Shown here: positions 1 through 12,551 of the stretch, in pieces
Layout of the letters: every line of letters starts with the position of its first letter
Numbering within the stretch: position 1 is the first letter of the stretch
DNA from: Macrostomum lignano
Taxonomy: Eukaryota
Assembly (NCBI GenBank): GCA_002269645.1
Contig: NIVC01000590.1
Coordinates: forward strand, 1-64,000
DNA: 64,000 nt
Reading direction: 5' to 3'
Made by a program: the position numbers and the translations under genes
The notes under the pieces: generated by a model
Database searches by the model: none
Seen by the model: only the letters and a program-made list of their open reading frames with translations
Told to the model about the DNA's origin: nothing

Positions 1-495
1 CTGTCCTTCGGTGACCTTTACTGTTACCCACCGGTCCCCTCAGTGACCTCTCTTGTTACCCACCGGTCCCCTCAGTGACCTCTTGTTACCCACCGGTCCC
101 CTCAGTAACCTCTCTTGTTACCCACCGGTCCCTCAGTGACCTCTGCTGTTACCCACCGGTCCTCTCAGTGACTTTTACTGTTACCCACTGGTCCTCAGTG
201 ACCTCTTGTTACCCACCTGTCCCCTCGGTGACCTTTACTGTTACCCACCGGTCCCTCAGTGACCTCTGCTTGTTACCCACGTCCCCTCAGTAACCTCTCT
301 TGTTACCCACCGGTCCCCTCAGTGACCTCTGCTGTTACCCACCGGTCCTCTCAGTGACTTTTACTGTTACCACTGGTCCCCTCAGTGACCTCTCTTGTTA
401 CACGGTCGCCTCGTGTGATCTTACGGTTACCCACCGGTCCCCATAGTGACCCTTCCTGGTACCTACCGGTCCACAGTGACCTCTCCTGTTCCCAC
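1..495. repeat. Degenerate ~30-35 bp minisatellite (ctgttacccaccggtcccctcagtgacct)
   Basis: Unit repeats visibly from base 1 to ~495; ORFs 75..293 and 385..576 are its translations. Confidence 0.9.
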
Positions 496-1737
496 CTGTC
501 CAGGCCAGCCTCCCTTCACAATGAGCACTCTGGTTATCTATCCGTACTTTTAGTGGCTTTTAATCAATTAAAATAAGCTGCCGCCAAACTAGAGGATTTT
601 ATTTCTCGCTAAATTCTTAGCAAATATTAAATTGTCTCTTAGAAATTAGAAATCGAATTTTACTAAATAGAGACAGTCATAACAGAGCGCGACAGGCGTA
701 GTACCAAAAATGAACATCAGTCATTCGCTTAATTCCTCGCGCACGTAGGCGAAACTCCCAGGCCTCTCTTTTCTTTTCGCCCTAAACTTAGCCAGCATGC
801 AGCACGGCCCCTCAAATGCTGCCTGTTCGTCTGTCTGCCGTCCATATACAGAAGGGAAGGGACAGTGAAAATGTTTGTGACCTCTCCCTCTAGCCAGCAA
901 CCCTAACCCCACCCCCCGTCGTAGGTCAGGCCAGGGTCAGCAGCAGGAGCAGGCGAAAGCAACAACAGCAACAACTGCTGCCAATATATGAAACCTTCCT
1001 TACCCGGTTAAAAAGCAATATTGCCTATCCTATTTTATTGCCTCAGCTAGCAAATCAAAAAACAGAAATTAGGCAGCAGCTTCGCAAACAGATAAAAAAT
1101 GAAAACCAAGAGCAGAACGCAAGCTGGTTTTGGGATTTTTTTAATTTTCGAAAGAGAAAGACATCAGACACACTGGCAAACTGCCAGGATATTGGCTACA
1201 CTATGCAGGATTGAATATCAGAAACGCAGCCACTAAGCCAGCCTGCCATAATAAATAAAACTTCAATACCGCCTATTTCTGCTTCATAGCCGCGCCTCAG
1301 GTATACAATTGGATGGAAACCATAACCGGTATTTACACGTAGTGGAAGTGATGAAAATGATTGACTGTGACAGGCGCAAAAGAAGATTGTAAATAATTAA
1401 ATCAATCATTTTAGACTTGGATTATAAATCGAAAGACGGGCATAGGGGTGCACTGGCATAGGCGCGAACTGGTGTAAGCGCGAACTAGTATAAGCGCTCA
1501 AACAAAAATGGGAACTCCCAGTAGTTACCTTGATCAGCGAGCACAAAATCTGTTAGAAGACGCAGATATGTAAGGCACAAAAATTAGGCTAACCCAGGCG
1601 AAGCGAAACCTGGGCGTTGCCTCATCGATGCGAAAGGATAAGACTTTGGCCTAATACTTTAATCTGACGAGGTCGGCAGAACAGGTCTATGCGAAAATGT
1701 CAGCGAGGGTTTTGATATCTGGGCGGGCCGCACTCTG

Positions 1738-2268
1738 CCCCAGACTATCTGAGCGATTCCCCTCTAGCCCAGGCTATCTGAGCGATTCCCCTCTAGCCCC
1801 AGGCTATCTGAGCGATTCCCCTCTAGCCCAGGCTATCTGAGCGATTCCCCTCTAGCCCAGGCTATCTGAGCGATTCCCCTCTAGCCCCAGGCTATCTGAG
1901 CGATTCCCCTCTAGCCCCAGGCTATCTGAGCGATTCCCCTCTAGCCCAGGCTATCTGAGCGATTCCCCTCTAGCCCAGGCTATCTGAGCGATTCCCCTCT
2001 AGCCCCAGGCTATCTGAGCGATTCCCCTCTAGCCCCAGGCTATCTGAGCGATTCCCCTCTAGCCCAGGCTATCTGAGCGATTCCCCTCTAGCCCCAGGCT
2101 ATCTGAGCGATTCCCCTCTAGCCCCAGGCTACTGAGCGATTCCCCTCTAGCCCCAGGCTATCTGAGCGATTCCCCTCTAGCCCCAGGCTATCTGAGCGAT
2201 TCCCTCTAGCCCCAGGTATCTGAGCGATTCCCCTAGCCCAAGCTATCTGAGCGATTCCTAAGCGATTC
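1738..2268. repeat. 30-31 bp minisatellite (cccaggctatctgagcgattcccctctagc)
   Basis: Near-perfect tandem copies seen directly. Confidence 0.95.
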
Positions 2269-2674
2269 CGAGTCATCTAAGTAATAAAACAAAAACAATA
2301 AACATATAAACTTGTTCTGCTGTTTTTTCAGCTCTCCGTTTTAACAGATCAGTTTGCACTAGACACAAACGGAACAGCTGGTGCACAGCAAAGACACATA
2401 GCACAGGATACGGCTGGTACGGTAGGCTATATGATAAACACGCACGCAGACAGACATGCCACGTACACAGAGGAAGAGAGAGAGAGAGCGGTATTGCAAG
2501 TTCCGCCTTGTTGCGGCATCTAGCACCTTCAAAGACAGACACGGAGAGAGAGATAGAGAGGCCGTCAGAAACTTTATTAGAGTGCAAACTGGACGGGATA
2601 GCCTAGTCTATACCGTATGGGAATCGGGTTTAAAAAGGAAACTGACCTATGAAGGGTTAGCATACAACTCGGAG

Positions 2675-2676
<2 letters not shown>

Positions 2677-2748
<72 letters not shown>
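2677..2748. repeat. (GA)n microsatellite
   Basis: Seen directly. Confidence 0.95.
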
Positions 2749-2751
<3 letters not shown>

Positions 2752-3140
2752 AAACAGAGCGGAGAGAAAAAGGCATACAGCCGGGGAGGACGGGATCAAA
2801 GCGCATCCGGTAGGCACAAGCGAAAGGCTACGATAGCTGTGTCTGGGTGGCTTGTATCTATATAAGTGCGCAACGTACGCGCAAAGGATTTATTACAATT
2901 ATTATTTATGAACTTTAAAGTACAACAGGAACGCTAGAACTAACAGACTTCAAGACAGTCGAAATATAATAGTAAAAAAATATTTTTATTCATTATTCAT
3001 GATGTGCAATTCTCGCTCTATGAGGGCACCTGAAACTATTGCGTAGAGCGTGTGCGTAGCGATCGGCGCGACTATCTGTTGCTGATATAAAATCTACCAT
3101 TATATTCAATATAGCTAATATAGAGCATCAAAACGAGAGG

Positions 3141-3143
<3 letters not shown>

Positions 3144-3217
<74 letters not shown>
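3144..3217. repeat. (GA)n microsatellite
   Basis: Seen directly. Confidence 0.95.
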
Positions 3218-3220
<3 letters not shown>

Positions 3221-4394
3221 CAAACTGTAGCTCGTAGCAGACCGAATTATCGGACGGAGACCGACCGCCCCCCCGCCTCCTTTGATACTTTTTGAGAAAA
3301 AAGAGAGAAGAGAGCCGCTGCAGCGAGAGAAGAAGCTATTGGAGAGAAATTGGAAAGGAGAACCGTTGATTTTCAGCTGATGCGGACAGGACAGGACAGG
3401 GAGATAGAGAGGGAGAGGGGAGGGGGAAGCGCGAAGTGGCAAGCGGATTAGAGAGGGCCATCGTAGAGATAGAGGCTGGCAAGGCGCCAAAGCATTGATG
3501 GCACCCATTAGAAGCAATAGATGGAAAGCAGTCAAGATCAAGGAAAACCGGGAGAGGGGAGGCAGCAAGAGAAATATAGGTGCCCTTTTAAGTGCTGAAA
3601 ATGTGAATTTCTCCCAAAAAATAGAAAAGGGAGAGAAAAGTGGATAAGAGGCACCGAGACCATTTGTCGATAACGAAAGAAATGACGAGGCAACGGTGAT
3701 TATTCTTCAAGTTTCGACTTGATGGATTACCGAATATAATGTTATATTTTGTAATGCTCCAAATTGTTTCCTTAGAAAAGTCACGCAGCCGGCGCTCTGC
3801 AGAAACTTTCTACTTTCTTTAACGCGCTTGCGTCTTGACAATTTCAAGGAGAGAGAGAAGAGGTTGAGCTATTGAAAACTGCACGGCAGCTCTGACTCTG
3901 TATTTCTAGATTCCGCTTGGCACGGGTCCAATAGTAATGGTCGGACAGCCGGCCTGCATCAGCTTCCTTATTCTCCTCTTCTACATCTAGACAGACAGTT
4001 TTGAATTCTGTCAATGCGGCTGACTGCCTGATTGAAGGCGCCGATGGCGGCAGCAAAAATCATTAAAGAGAAAATTTTTCTTCTGATTAACTCAATTATG
4101 TCCGTTTGTCCGCCTGTCCGTCTGTCTGGATTTTTTATTATGACAAAAATTCAGACGAATATCCGCCCAACTTCTGTCCGTCACTGTAGGCAAAATCAAA
4201 TACACAACGTACATCTGACTTAAACAGAGGCTTTTTTTACAGTCCGCCAGTCACAATCGCAGCTAAGCTTTCTCCCAACATTCCCAGAACTTGACGAGCT
4301 AATATCCTCGAATTTCGGATTTGGGGACTCATTGAACTTCATCACATTCCCTAAACTTTAAACTCTAAACTCTCATTCCCAAGAACTAACATTC

Positions 4395-5270
4395 CCCCAC
4401 CTTCACAGACTTGCCAAACTTCAGATTTCCGAATCTTCGAATTCCCAAACTTTCATGTTCTCCAACCTTCAGATTCCACAACCTTTAGATTCTTTAACCT
4501 TTAGATTCCCCAATCTTTAGATTCCCCAATCTTTAGATTCCACAACCTTTAGATTCTTTAACCTTTAGATTCCCCAATCTTTAGATTCCCCAATCTTTAG
4601 ATTCCCCAATCTTTAGATTCCCCAATCTTTAGATTCCCCAATCTTTAGATTCCCCAATCTTTAGATTCCCCAATCTTTAGATTCCCCAATCTTTAGATTC
4701 CCCAATCTTTAGATTCCCCAATCTTTAGATTCCCCAATCTTTAGATTCCCCAATCTTTAGATTCCCCAATCTTAAGATTCCCCAATCTTTAGATTCCCCA
4801 ATCTTTAGATTCCCCAATCTTTAGATTCCCCAATCTTAAGATTCCCCAATCTTTAGATTCCCCAATCTTCAGATTCTCCTATCTTCAAATTCCCGAACTT
4901 TCATGTTCTCCAACCTTCAGATTCCACAACCTTTAGATTCTTTAACCTTTAGATTCCCCAATCTTCAGATTCTCCTATCTTCAAATTCCCGAACTTTCAT
5001 GTTCTCCAACCTTCAGATTCCACAACCTTTAGATTCTTTAACCTTTAGATTCCCCAATCTTCAGATTCTCCTATCTTCAAATTCCCGAACTTTCATGTTC
5101 TCCAACCTTCAGATTCCTTAACCTATGGATTCTTCAACCTTTAAATTCCCCAATCTTTATGTTCTCCAAACTTCAGATTCCCCAACCTTCAGATTCTCCA
5201 ATCTTCAGATTCCCCAACCTTCAGATTCTCCAATCTTTATATTCCCCAAACTTCTTATTCCTTAATCTTC
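4395..5270. repeat. 16-bp minisatellite (ctttagattccccaat) with higher-order degenerate flanks
   Basis: Seen directly; ORF 4903..5121 is its translation. Confidence 0.9.
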
Positions 5271-5382
5271 ACATTGCCGATAAGTTTACATCCGCACAAA
5301 CTTCACATTCCCCACACTTTATAAACCCTAAATAGATTGTAAAATTCAAAGATTTTACAGACGCCCTTGACCGGAATCTCAC

Positions 5383-8300
5383 CTCGAGGTGACGGCCGCT
5401 TCCTTCTTAGCTGCTGATCAACAAGAGGCGGCGGCATCTGTGCCTGCTGCTGCTGCTGATGCTGCTGCTGCTGCTGAGCCCTACGATTCTTCAGCCGATG
5501 CTGCACCTTGCACTTGTGCCTCTCAGTTCGATCGTCCATCATTAGCGAGGTTGCTGAGAAATTTGAGAATTCAAAAATAAAAAAGACAATAAATTGATTG
5601 TGTAAAAACGTTCAAAACATCATATTGCAAACAGAAAAAAAATAGTTACAGAAAATCTATTATACATAAAAGCAGTGCAATAAAAAACTAATAAGATTAG
5701 CTGGATACAGTAGCAAATGCGAGCAGCGATAAGAGCAGCACCATGCATCCCCCCCCCCACATAAGAGCGCATAAAATCAACAGAAAGTACAGTATCGTAC
5801 ACTTGAACCCAGTTAGACCTTTCGCATGAAGCGAATAAATCTATATGATTAGTAACGCTTCATTACTAACAAATTTCAATACTTTTCTGGACCTGTGTTT
5901 TTATGCATTAAAAGCAACAGTCCAATATTTTTCTAGCAGCTTTTAGTGCACACAAAATATCTCTACTCAGACATTTCTACAACTTCTACATTCCCAATAG
6001 GCTTCTGCCCTCTGCTAGGGTCCATTTTTTTCACGAGCGACAAATTGCGCTCTCGAATCGTTCAGTATTCATGAAATGCATTCGATAATTTTTTTTAATG
6101 CATTACTCGTGTAAATGCATAACTGGACTCAAAATAGTATGTGTCTCCTGTCCTCTTATGTGTCTCCTGTCCTCTTGTGTGTCTCCTGTCCTCTTGTGTG
6201 TCTCCTGTCCTCTTATGTGTCTCCTGTCCTCTTATGTGTCTCCTGTCCTCTTATGTGTCTCCTGTCCTCTTATGTCTCTACTGTCCTCTCATGTGTCTCC
6301 TGTCCTCTTATGTGTCTCCTGTCCTCTTTTGTGTCTCCTGTCCTCTTATGTGTCTCCTGTCCTCTTATGTGTCTCCTGTCCTCTTTTGTGTCTCCTGTCC
6401 TCTTTTGTGTCTCCTGTCCTCTCATGTGTCTCCTGTCCTCTTATGTGTCTCCTGTCCTCTTATGTGTCTCCTGTCCTCTTTTGTGTCTCCTGTCCTCTCA
6501 TGTGTCTCCTGTCCTCTCATGTGTTTCCTGTCCTCTTATGTGTCTCCTGTCCTCTTATGTGTCTCCTGTCCTCTTATGTGTCTCCTGTCCTCTTTTGTGT
6601 CTCCTGTCCTCTTTTGTGTCTCCTGTCCTCTTATGTGTCTCCTGTCCTCTTATGTCTCTCTTGTCCTCTCATGTGTCTCCTGTCCTCTCATGTGTCTCCT
6701 GTCCTCTTATGTGTCTCCTGTCCTCTTTTGTGTCTCCTGTCCTCTCATGTGTCTCCTGTCCTCTCATGTGTTTCCTGTCCTCTTATGTGTCTCCTGTCCT
6801 CTTTTGTGTCTCCTGTCCTCTTATGTGTCTCCTGTCCTCTTATGTGTCTCCTGTCCTCTTTTGTGTCTCCTGTCCTCTTATGTGTCTCCTGTCCTCTTAT
6901 GTCTCTCTTGTCCTCTCATGTGTCTCCTGTCCTCTTATGTGTCTCCTGTCCTCTTATGTCTCTCTTGTCCTCTCATGTGTCTCCTGTCCTCTCATGTGTC
7001 TCCTGTCCTCTTATGTGTCTCCTGTCCTCTTGTGTGTCTCCTGTCCTCTTGTGTGTCTCCTGTTCTCTTGTGTGTCTCCTGTCCTCTTATGTGTCTCCTG
7101 TCCTCTTATGTGTCTCCTGTCCTCTTTTGTGTCTCCTGTCCTCTTTGTGTCTCCTGTCCTCTTTTGTGTCTCCTGTCCTCTTATGTGTCTCCTGTCCTCT
7201 CATGTGTCTCCTGTCCTCTTGTGTGTCTCCTGTCCTCTTTTGTGTCTCCTGTCCTCTTTTGTGTCTCCTGTCCTCTTATGTGTCTCCTGTCCTCTTATGT
7301 GTCTCCTGTCCTCTTGTGTGTCTCCTGTCCTCTCATGTGTCTCCTGTCCTCTTGTGTGTCTCCTGTCCTCTTATGTGTCTCCTGTCGTCCTATCTGTCTG
7401 TCCTCTCCCCTTATCTGCCGAATGTCGACTGTCCCTCAGCTCTCTCCTCTGGTAGGCACACCAAAGTCAACAGACTCACCAAGTCCTATTCATTGAAGAG
7501 GGGAATAAAAATTAATGAAGGAACGACGCAATCCCAAATATTTCCAAGGCAAATAAGAAACTGAGTTGGAATTGATTTCCTTACGCCAATCAACAGGTGC
7601 AGCACCCAAACAAAAGAAAATAGGTAAAGTGCTCTGCAAACTGTAAAATTAATTTCTAGCGGAAATCAATTAGATTTAACATACTGTGGACTCGTACTTT
7701 GCCTAAGCATAAAGTCTAGTTGTAAACTGTAATTAAAAGATATACTTTTAAGAGCCACTAGCAATCTCAATAACAAATATGAGCATCACGCAATTCAGTT
7801 GATACACCCGAAGCATTATCATTATTGATCACAGATTCATCGAGCACTATGTTAAGGCGTAGTCCGGCAACGGAGATAGAGAGAGCAAGCCGCATCAGAG
7901 AGAAGTAATATAAGAGCAGACTGCTGTAAGTAGCTTATTTTTAGAGCACATATTGATATACAAGCTAAGTATATTGCTTCGTCTGGTGCTTTCTCTCTTT
8001 CTCGATAGTGATATAATAGAAGCATATAAGAAGAGAAGCGGCTAAGTCAAGCCCCGAGAATGCGCCGCCGCCTCTGCATCCGCGTCTATATCGCCCTGTC
8101 CTCTTTGGCGATGCGATTTTCCCAGCCAGCAGGGAGAAGGTGGCCACCGCTCAGGCCCCGACTTTGGCCCCCCAGGCTGCTGATACGAGAGGAGCAGCGG
8201 GGTGAGAGAGAGAGAAAAGAGGCAGGCATCCAGCTGCCGATGGAGAAGCAAATATAGGCCTGCCAACAGGGCTGCTAGATGGGCGGCCGGGCTGCAGAAG

Positions 8301-10097
8301 TTGCTGGCTGGCTGTGGGGGGGAGGGCGAAGAGAAAGAAGGACAGGGAAGGGAGCAGTGGAGAAAGAGGAAGCGAGAGACCCCGGGGCCTTAGGGCGAGC
8401 AGCGGAACAGAGGGCGGGGGAGACGGGGAAGCCAGCCGCCCCATAACCCCAGAAAGCTAAATTTGGCTCGGCCAGGTCTGCCAGACACCGGAGGGGGCGA
8501 GCGGACCAGCCCAGCCTGCCTAGCCTCCACGCTCCTTCACCGTCTTGTTCCCACCTGTCCCAAAATGCTGCTATAGGAAATCTACTATTATAGTTTCTAT
8601 CAAGTTTTGTTACTAATTTCATACTTATTCTATTATATTTATTCTATAAATAAAAATATACATAAAATACGCTTGGGACTCCTACGACGAACACTCGTTC
8701 ACTGCGAATGCACGGGAAGGGGGCGACGCAAGCAGCCTAACCGCTGCCAACTCTGCTTAACTTGCTTGCTTAACTTAACTAACGACGCAGGCCCTGATCT
8801 ACTGGCACAGGCACATTATACCCAAAGCAGTATGCAGGGGTGACGCAAGCAGCCTTATTCAACTGCGATGTACTAACCGCTTCCAGTTCTGCTTAACCTG
8901 CAGGCAAGCAAGACGAAAGCGACCCCGGGTTCGATTCCGTACAGAAACAAATTGGGGTTGTCGTGCGATTCAAAAGCCATGAGGGCCAACCCCCAAAGCA
9001 CAGAGATTGTACATGCCTGACGATTAGAAAGTCAGGGCTGCTGTACACCCTGTGTGAGAGTGCGTACAGCATCTCGTAATGCTATTAAGATGCAAGTCAA
9101 TAATACAGTCAACAATTTCAGCTGTCAATCCAAATCGGCTATACACTCAAAGCCATTCCGAAAAAAAGCAAAACATCATTGAGAAGTTATTAAACTAAGA
9201 GAAAAACAACTCACGCCCTCCAAGACTGCTGGCAGCGCCGCCAAGTCCGGTGCCAATCGCGCTAGCTGGAGACGCCTGCGGCGAAATCGCATAATTGCAC
9301 GGGATTGGAGACAGGCCGCCGCCGCCGCCGACTCCGCTGCTGCACATGACCTGCTGGGCCGAGCTCACCACGTAGGGCTGCTGCTGCTGCTGCTGGGGCT
9401 GCTGCGGCGGCGGGTTAGGCTGCGGCGGAGCCATCGCAGCGGGCCCCGGCAGTAGGTGATGACCGGCCGCCATCACTCCGGCGGGCGGATAATAGGCTGG
9501 ACCGGGAGATGCGTGATGCGACGGCGCGTGCTGCGGCGACAGAATCACGTGAGTTAAAATGCCATTCTCGTCTACAATCTGCTGTACTAGGTGGCCTGGC
9601 GGCACCTGCATAGGCATAGGCAGCGGCGGCCCGCTATTGGACACCATTCGGACAGTGGCCGGGCCGCGGACATGCTGGATTTGGTCTCCAACTCGGACAC
9701 AGAAAGTCTCGCCGGCGCCAACGTGGACCATAACAATGTGCTCGCCAACTGGCTGCAATGATTGCAACGGCTGCAGATGAGGCGGCAGCGGCAACAGATG
9801 CTGCGGCTGCTGAAGGGGCACTTGCGGAGGCGGTGGTTCGGCCATTCGCAGGCTGTTTGGCCTGACGGGGGCCGCCTGGTGCAAAGAATTTTGAGCTGGC
9901 AAAGCGGCCGGCTTCTCGTGCAGTTCGAAATCGCCCGTCGCCGCGGTTGACTCCGGTGCCGATTCGGACTCTGCTGGCGGCAGCGACGGCGCTGTCGATG
10001 GAGTGTCGATGGCAACACTGCAAACAGGCGTCTGTTGCGTGGGGCCGTTGCTGCTCGAGCCGTTCACAATGGCAGCCTCTTCACCATTAGTCTGCAT
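5383..10097 (-). CDS. FNDC3: FNDC3 / miles-to-go-like protein, N-terminal coding exons (partial; the FN3-repeat exons were not found and probably lie left of the window)
   Basis: Exon 10097..9215 (ATG; donor GGGC|GTGAGT, phase 1) encodes HIVMVHVGAGETFCVRV..QHVRGPATVRMVS..QVPPGHLVQQIVDENGILTHVILSPQ, matching the FNDC3A/B N-terminal motif (VILVQVNPGETFTIR..GPAEVPM..HVPPGYISQVIED..GVRRVVVTPQ). Exon 5553..5383 (acceptor TTTCTCAG, donor GAG|GTGAGA, phase 1-1) continues in frame with MDDRTERHKCKVQHRLKNR, resembling the FNDC3 basic motif DER...KKLKDRQ. Confidence 0.8.
6138..7385. repeat. 19-bp minisatellite (tgtgtctcctgtcctctta) in the FNDC3 intron
   Basis: Seen directly; explains the three 450-490 aa CVSCPL ORFs. 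Confidence 0.95.
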
Positions 10098-12551
10098 AGC
10101 TAATCGATAACCAACTGCACTGGTGACTTAGCTAGTGCAGCGCTATAATCCTATGGGGCTGCGGCAGCTTGGCTGTGTGGACTGGTGCCCCTGTGCTGAA
10201 TTGCCTGACTTTGTACTGCAGCTCCAAGCAGCCACGGACTGTAATGAAGTAAACAATACATGAATGAAACTGAAAAACCCTTTAAGTAACCATTTGTTAC
10301 AGCTTTTTCATTTATTGAATAGTTTAGAAAGAAATATATCCTCTGATCAATCATGTTATATTATTTTCATGCTAAAGTCAAGGTAAATGTGAAGTATTAA
10401 TGTTGCAGTATGTCTTTTTATAAACGAAAAGTGTACAGACTGATAATAATTTAGATTCATGATTCCAACAATACTCAAAAAAAATTATCACATTTTGCAA
10501 GTGCTAACACTAAGTTGATAGTTCTAAATACCTATAAGTTTTATTATTTATAGCATTGGTAAAATATATATTCAGAAGAATTAATTTAATGGCTTTTTAT
10601 TTCCTATTATATATTTAGACTACAATTAGCATCAAGCAATTTATTAGCCACATTGCATGCACTGTCATGGAAAAATTTTAAATTGAACAGAGCAAGTTCA
10701 AACAAAACCAGTTAAGCCTTTTTTCTCTAATCAATCATATAGATACCCACCTACCTACCAATATTTTTAGTATATAGAATATATTTGGTATAGAATATCA
10801 AAATTTAAGTACAATAAAATAAAATAAATAAATTTATTTATGCAATCATTTATATTATAACTTGATAGTATTAAAATTTTTATAAATATTTAGATACATA
10901 GATTTGCCCAAATAATATAAGCAAAGCATTTTTAAAAATAATAGTTTTGAATATTAATCAGTTATAATTGCTCATATTCAGAAATAATTTAATAAAGACA
11001 AATCTTTAAGTAAATTTCCAAGAAAAAATTAAATAGAGAATTAGAATGCTTTTAACATATCTTACAATATTATGCTTTGTATATATTTCAATAGTCAATT
11101 TAAAGGGTGAAAAGGGTACATGCCCCTAAAATTTAGATTTGATTTTTATGCTAATAAACATTATTAAATAAATAAATAATTAAAAATATATTCTATGCCC
11201 CTACCAAATTCAAAATTTTCTAGATTTGCATCTAACTAAAAAGGATTTCCCCATATATTTCAAGTAAACTAGTCTATAATGTTTTTATTCTAGCCAAAAC
11301 CTTTTCTTTAGGTTTAGTCCTAGCATTTATGTTAATACTTTTCATTATTTTTTCTTTGATATTATACTATTTTAGGATTCTTGTAGGCAAAATCTTGCCA
11401 AATAGTGCACATAATCAAAATCATATATGGTTTTTAACCTAGATGCTAGGACACCAAAAAAAATTATTCACCCCTCCCCAAAAAACACCAATTTTATGCT
11501 AAATGGCATAAAATACAATTTTTACTTATGCCAATAAATTCATTTTGTGCCTAGCCCTAAGCAAATATAACTTTATACACCTAGTCATAAACCATATTAA
11601 TGCCTAATGGCAAAAATGAACCCAGTATATTTCTTATGCTAGAGAACTATCTCTTCTATAGCCTCCTCTATGCTAGAGGATAATTTAGGCATAAACTCAA
11701 TCATTCAAGGATAAATTCTAATAGTCATAGTAAAAATAGAGTTAAGCCTAAGGCTTGTCATGGACTCGTAATGATAATGATTATGATTATGGACTCGCAT
11801 GCATAATCATCTAAAAATAACAAAATCAAGCAGTAAAGCATTGAATAAAAGGCATTTTCTATAAAAAATAAGCTCCTCAGCAAGGCTCTATTCAAACATT
11901 GACTCGTTTAGTATTTCTCGATGTATTAATTTTTCTTTTTACTTGAGGCTTGAGTTGAAAGTTATAACTTTCACCCCCGGTAGTTAGTAAAGAATTCACT
12001 CACCAAAAATAATAGTAATAATAATAGCTATTAGTTATATAAATTTCGAAATTTCTTTATTTCGTTTGAATTTTTTCGCGAACACATTTTGCCGCTAGAC
12101 TAACAAATTATGTGGTAAATTATCGTTATTTTTGCAAGCGTTTAATTAACAAGCTTAGTTTATATTTTAGATTTTTATAATGCAGAAACTATTGGCTTTC
12201 AGTTATTCTTTTAAAAAAATTGGAAACGGATTAAAGTCTAAATCGGATTAAACGGAAAGGAAGTTTTTTATTCCTTTGCGCAGCCACTGGCGCTTCAAAA
12301 TTAACTATGAACCATAGATGGAAAGCATATTTGATTGCAAGTACTCAATTGCTTTCAGTAAAATGCGCATTGAAAGTTACATTTACATTAACTTCTTAGT
12401 GTGATATTTCAAAGGAAACTTTTTGAAACGCAATCGATTCCAGGAAATCGCTTGCTCTATTTCTCTTCATCTGTTTTTATCAGTGTCGGAGATTCGGAGT
12501 ATCTTTTGTTGATTTTTAGTTCTTCGTGAGACGTATGAGTAAAGATTAAAG

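Noticed and set aside
497-538. 42-nt candidate minus-strand exon (NQSAHCEGRLAWT)
   Set aside because: Weak splice sites and no similarity to FN3 repeats.
1663-1705. Hammerhead ribozyme-like CTGACGAG...CGAAA...TC
   Set aside because: Stems I and II cannot be formed.
6098-7564. Three overlapping 446-488 aa Cys-rich ORFs
   Set aside because: All three frames are open only because the 19-bp repeat lacks stops; the region is intronic and antisense to FNDC3.
7965-8622. Cluster of short GC- and GA-rich ORFs in the FNDC3 intron; similar clusters at 2273-4056
   Set aside because: No recognisable protein motifs; probably decayed repeats.
9016-9035. CTGACGA..GAAAGTC as a minimal hammerhead
   Set aside because: No room for stem III; the sequence is a simple CCTGAC/GTCAGG hairpin.
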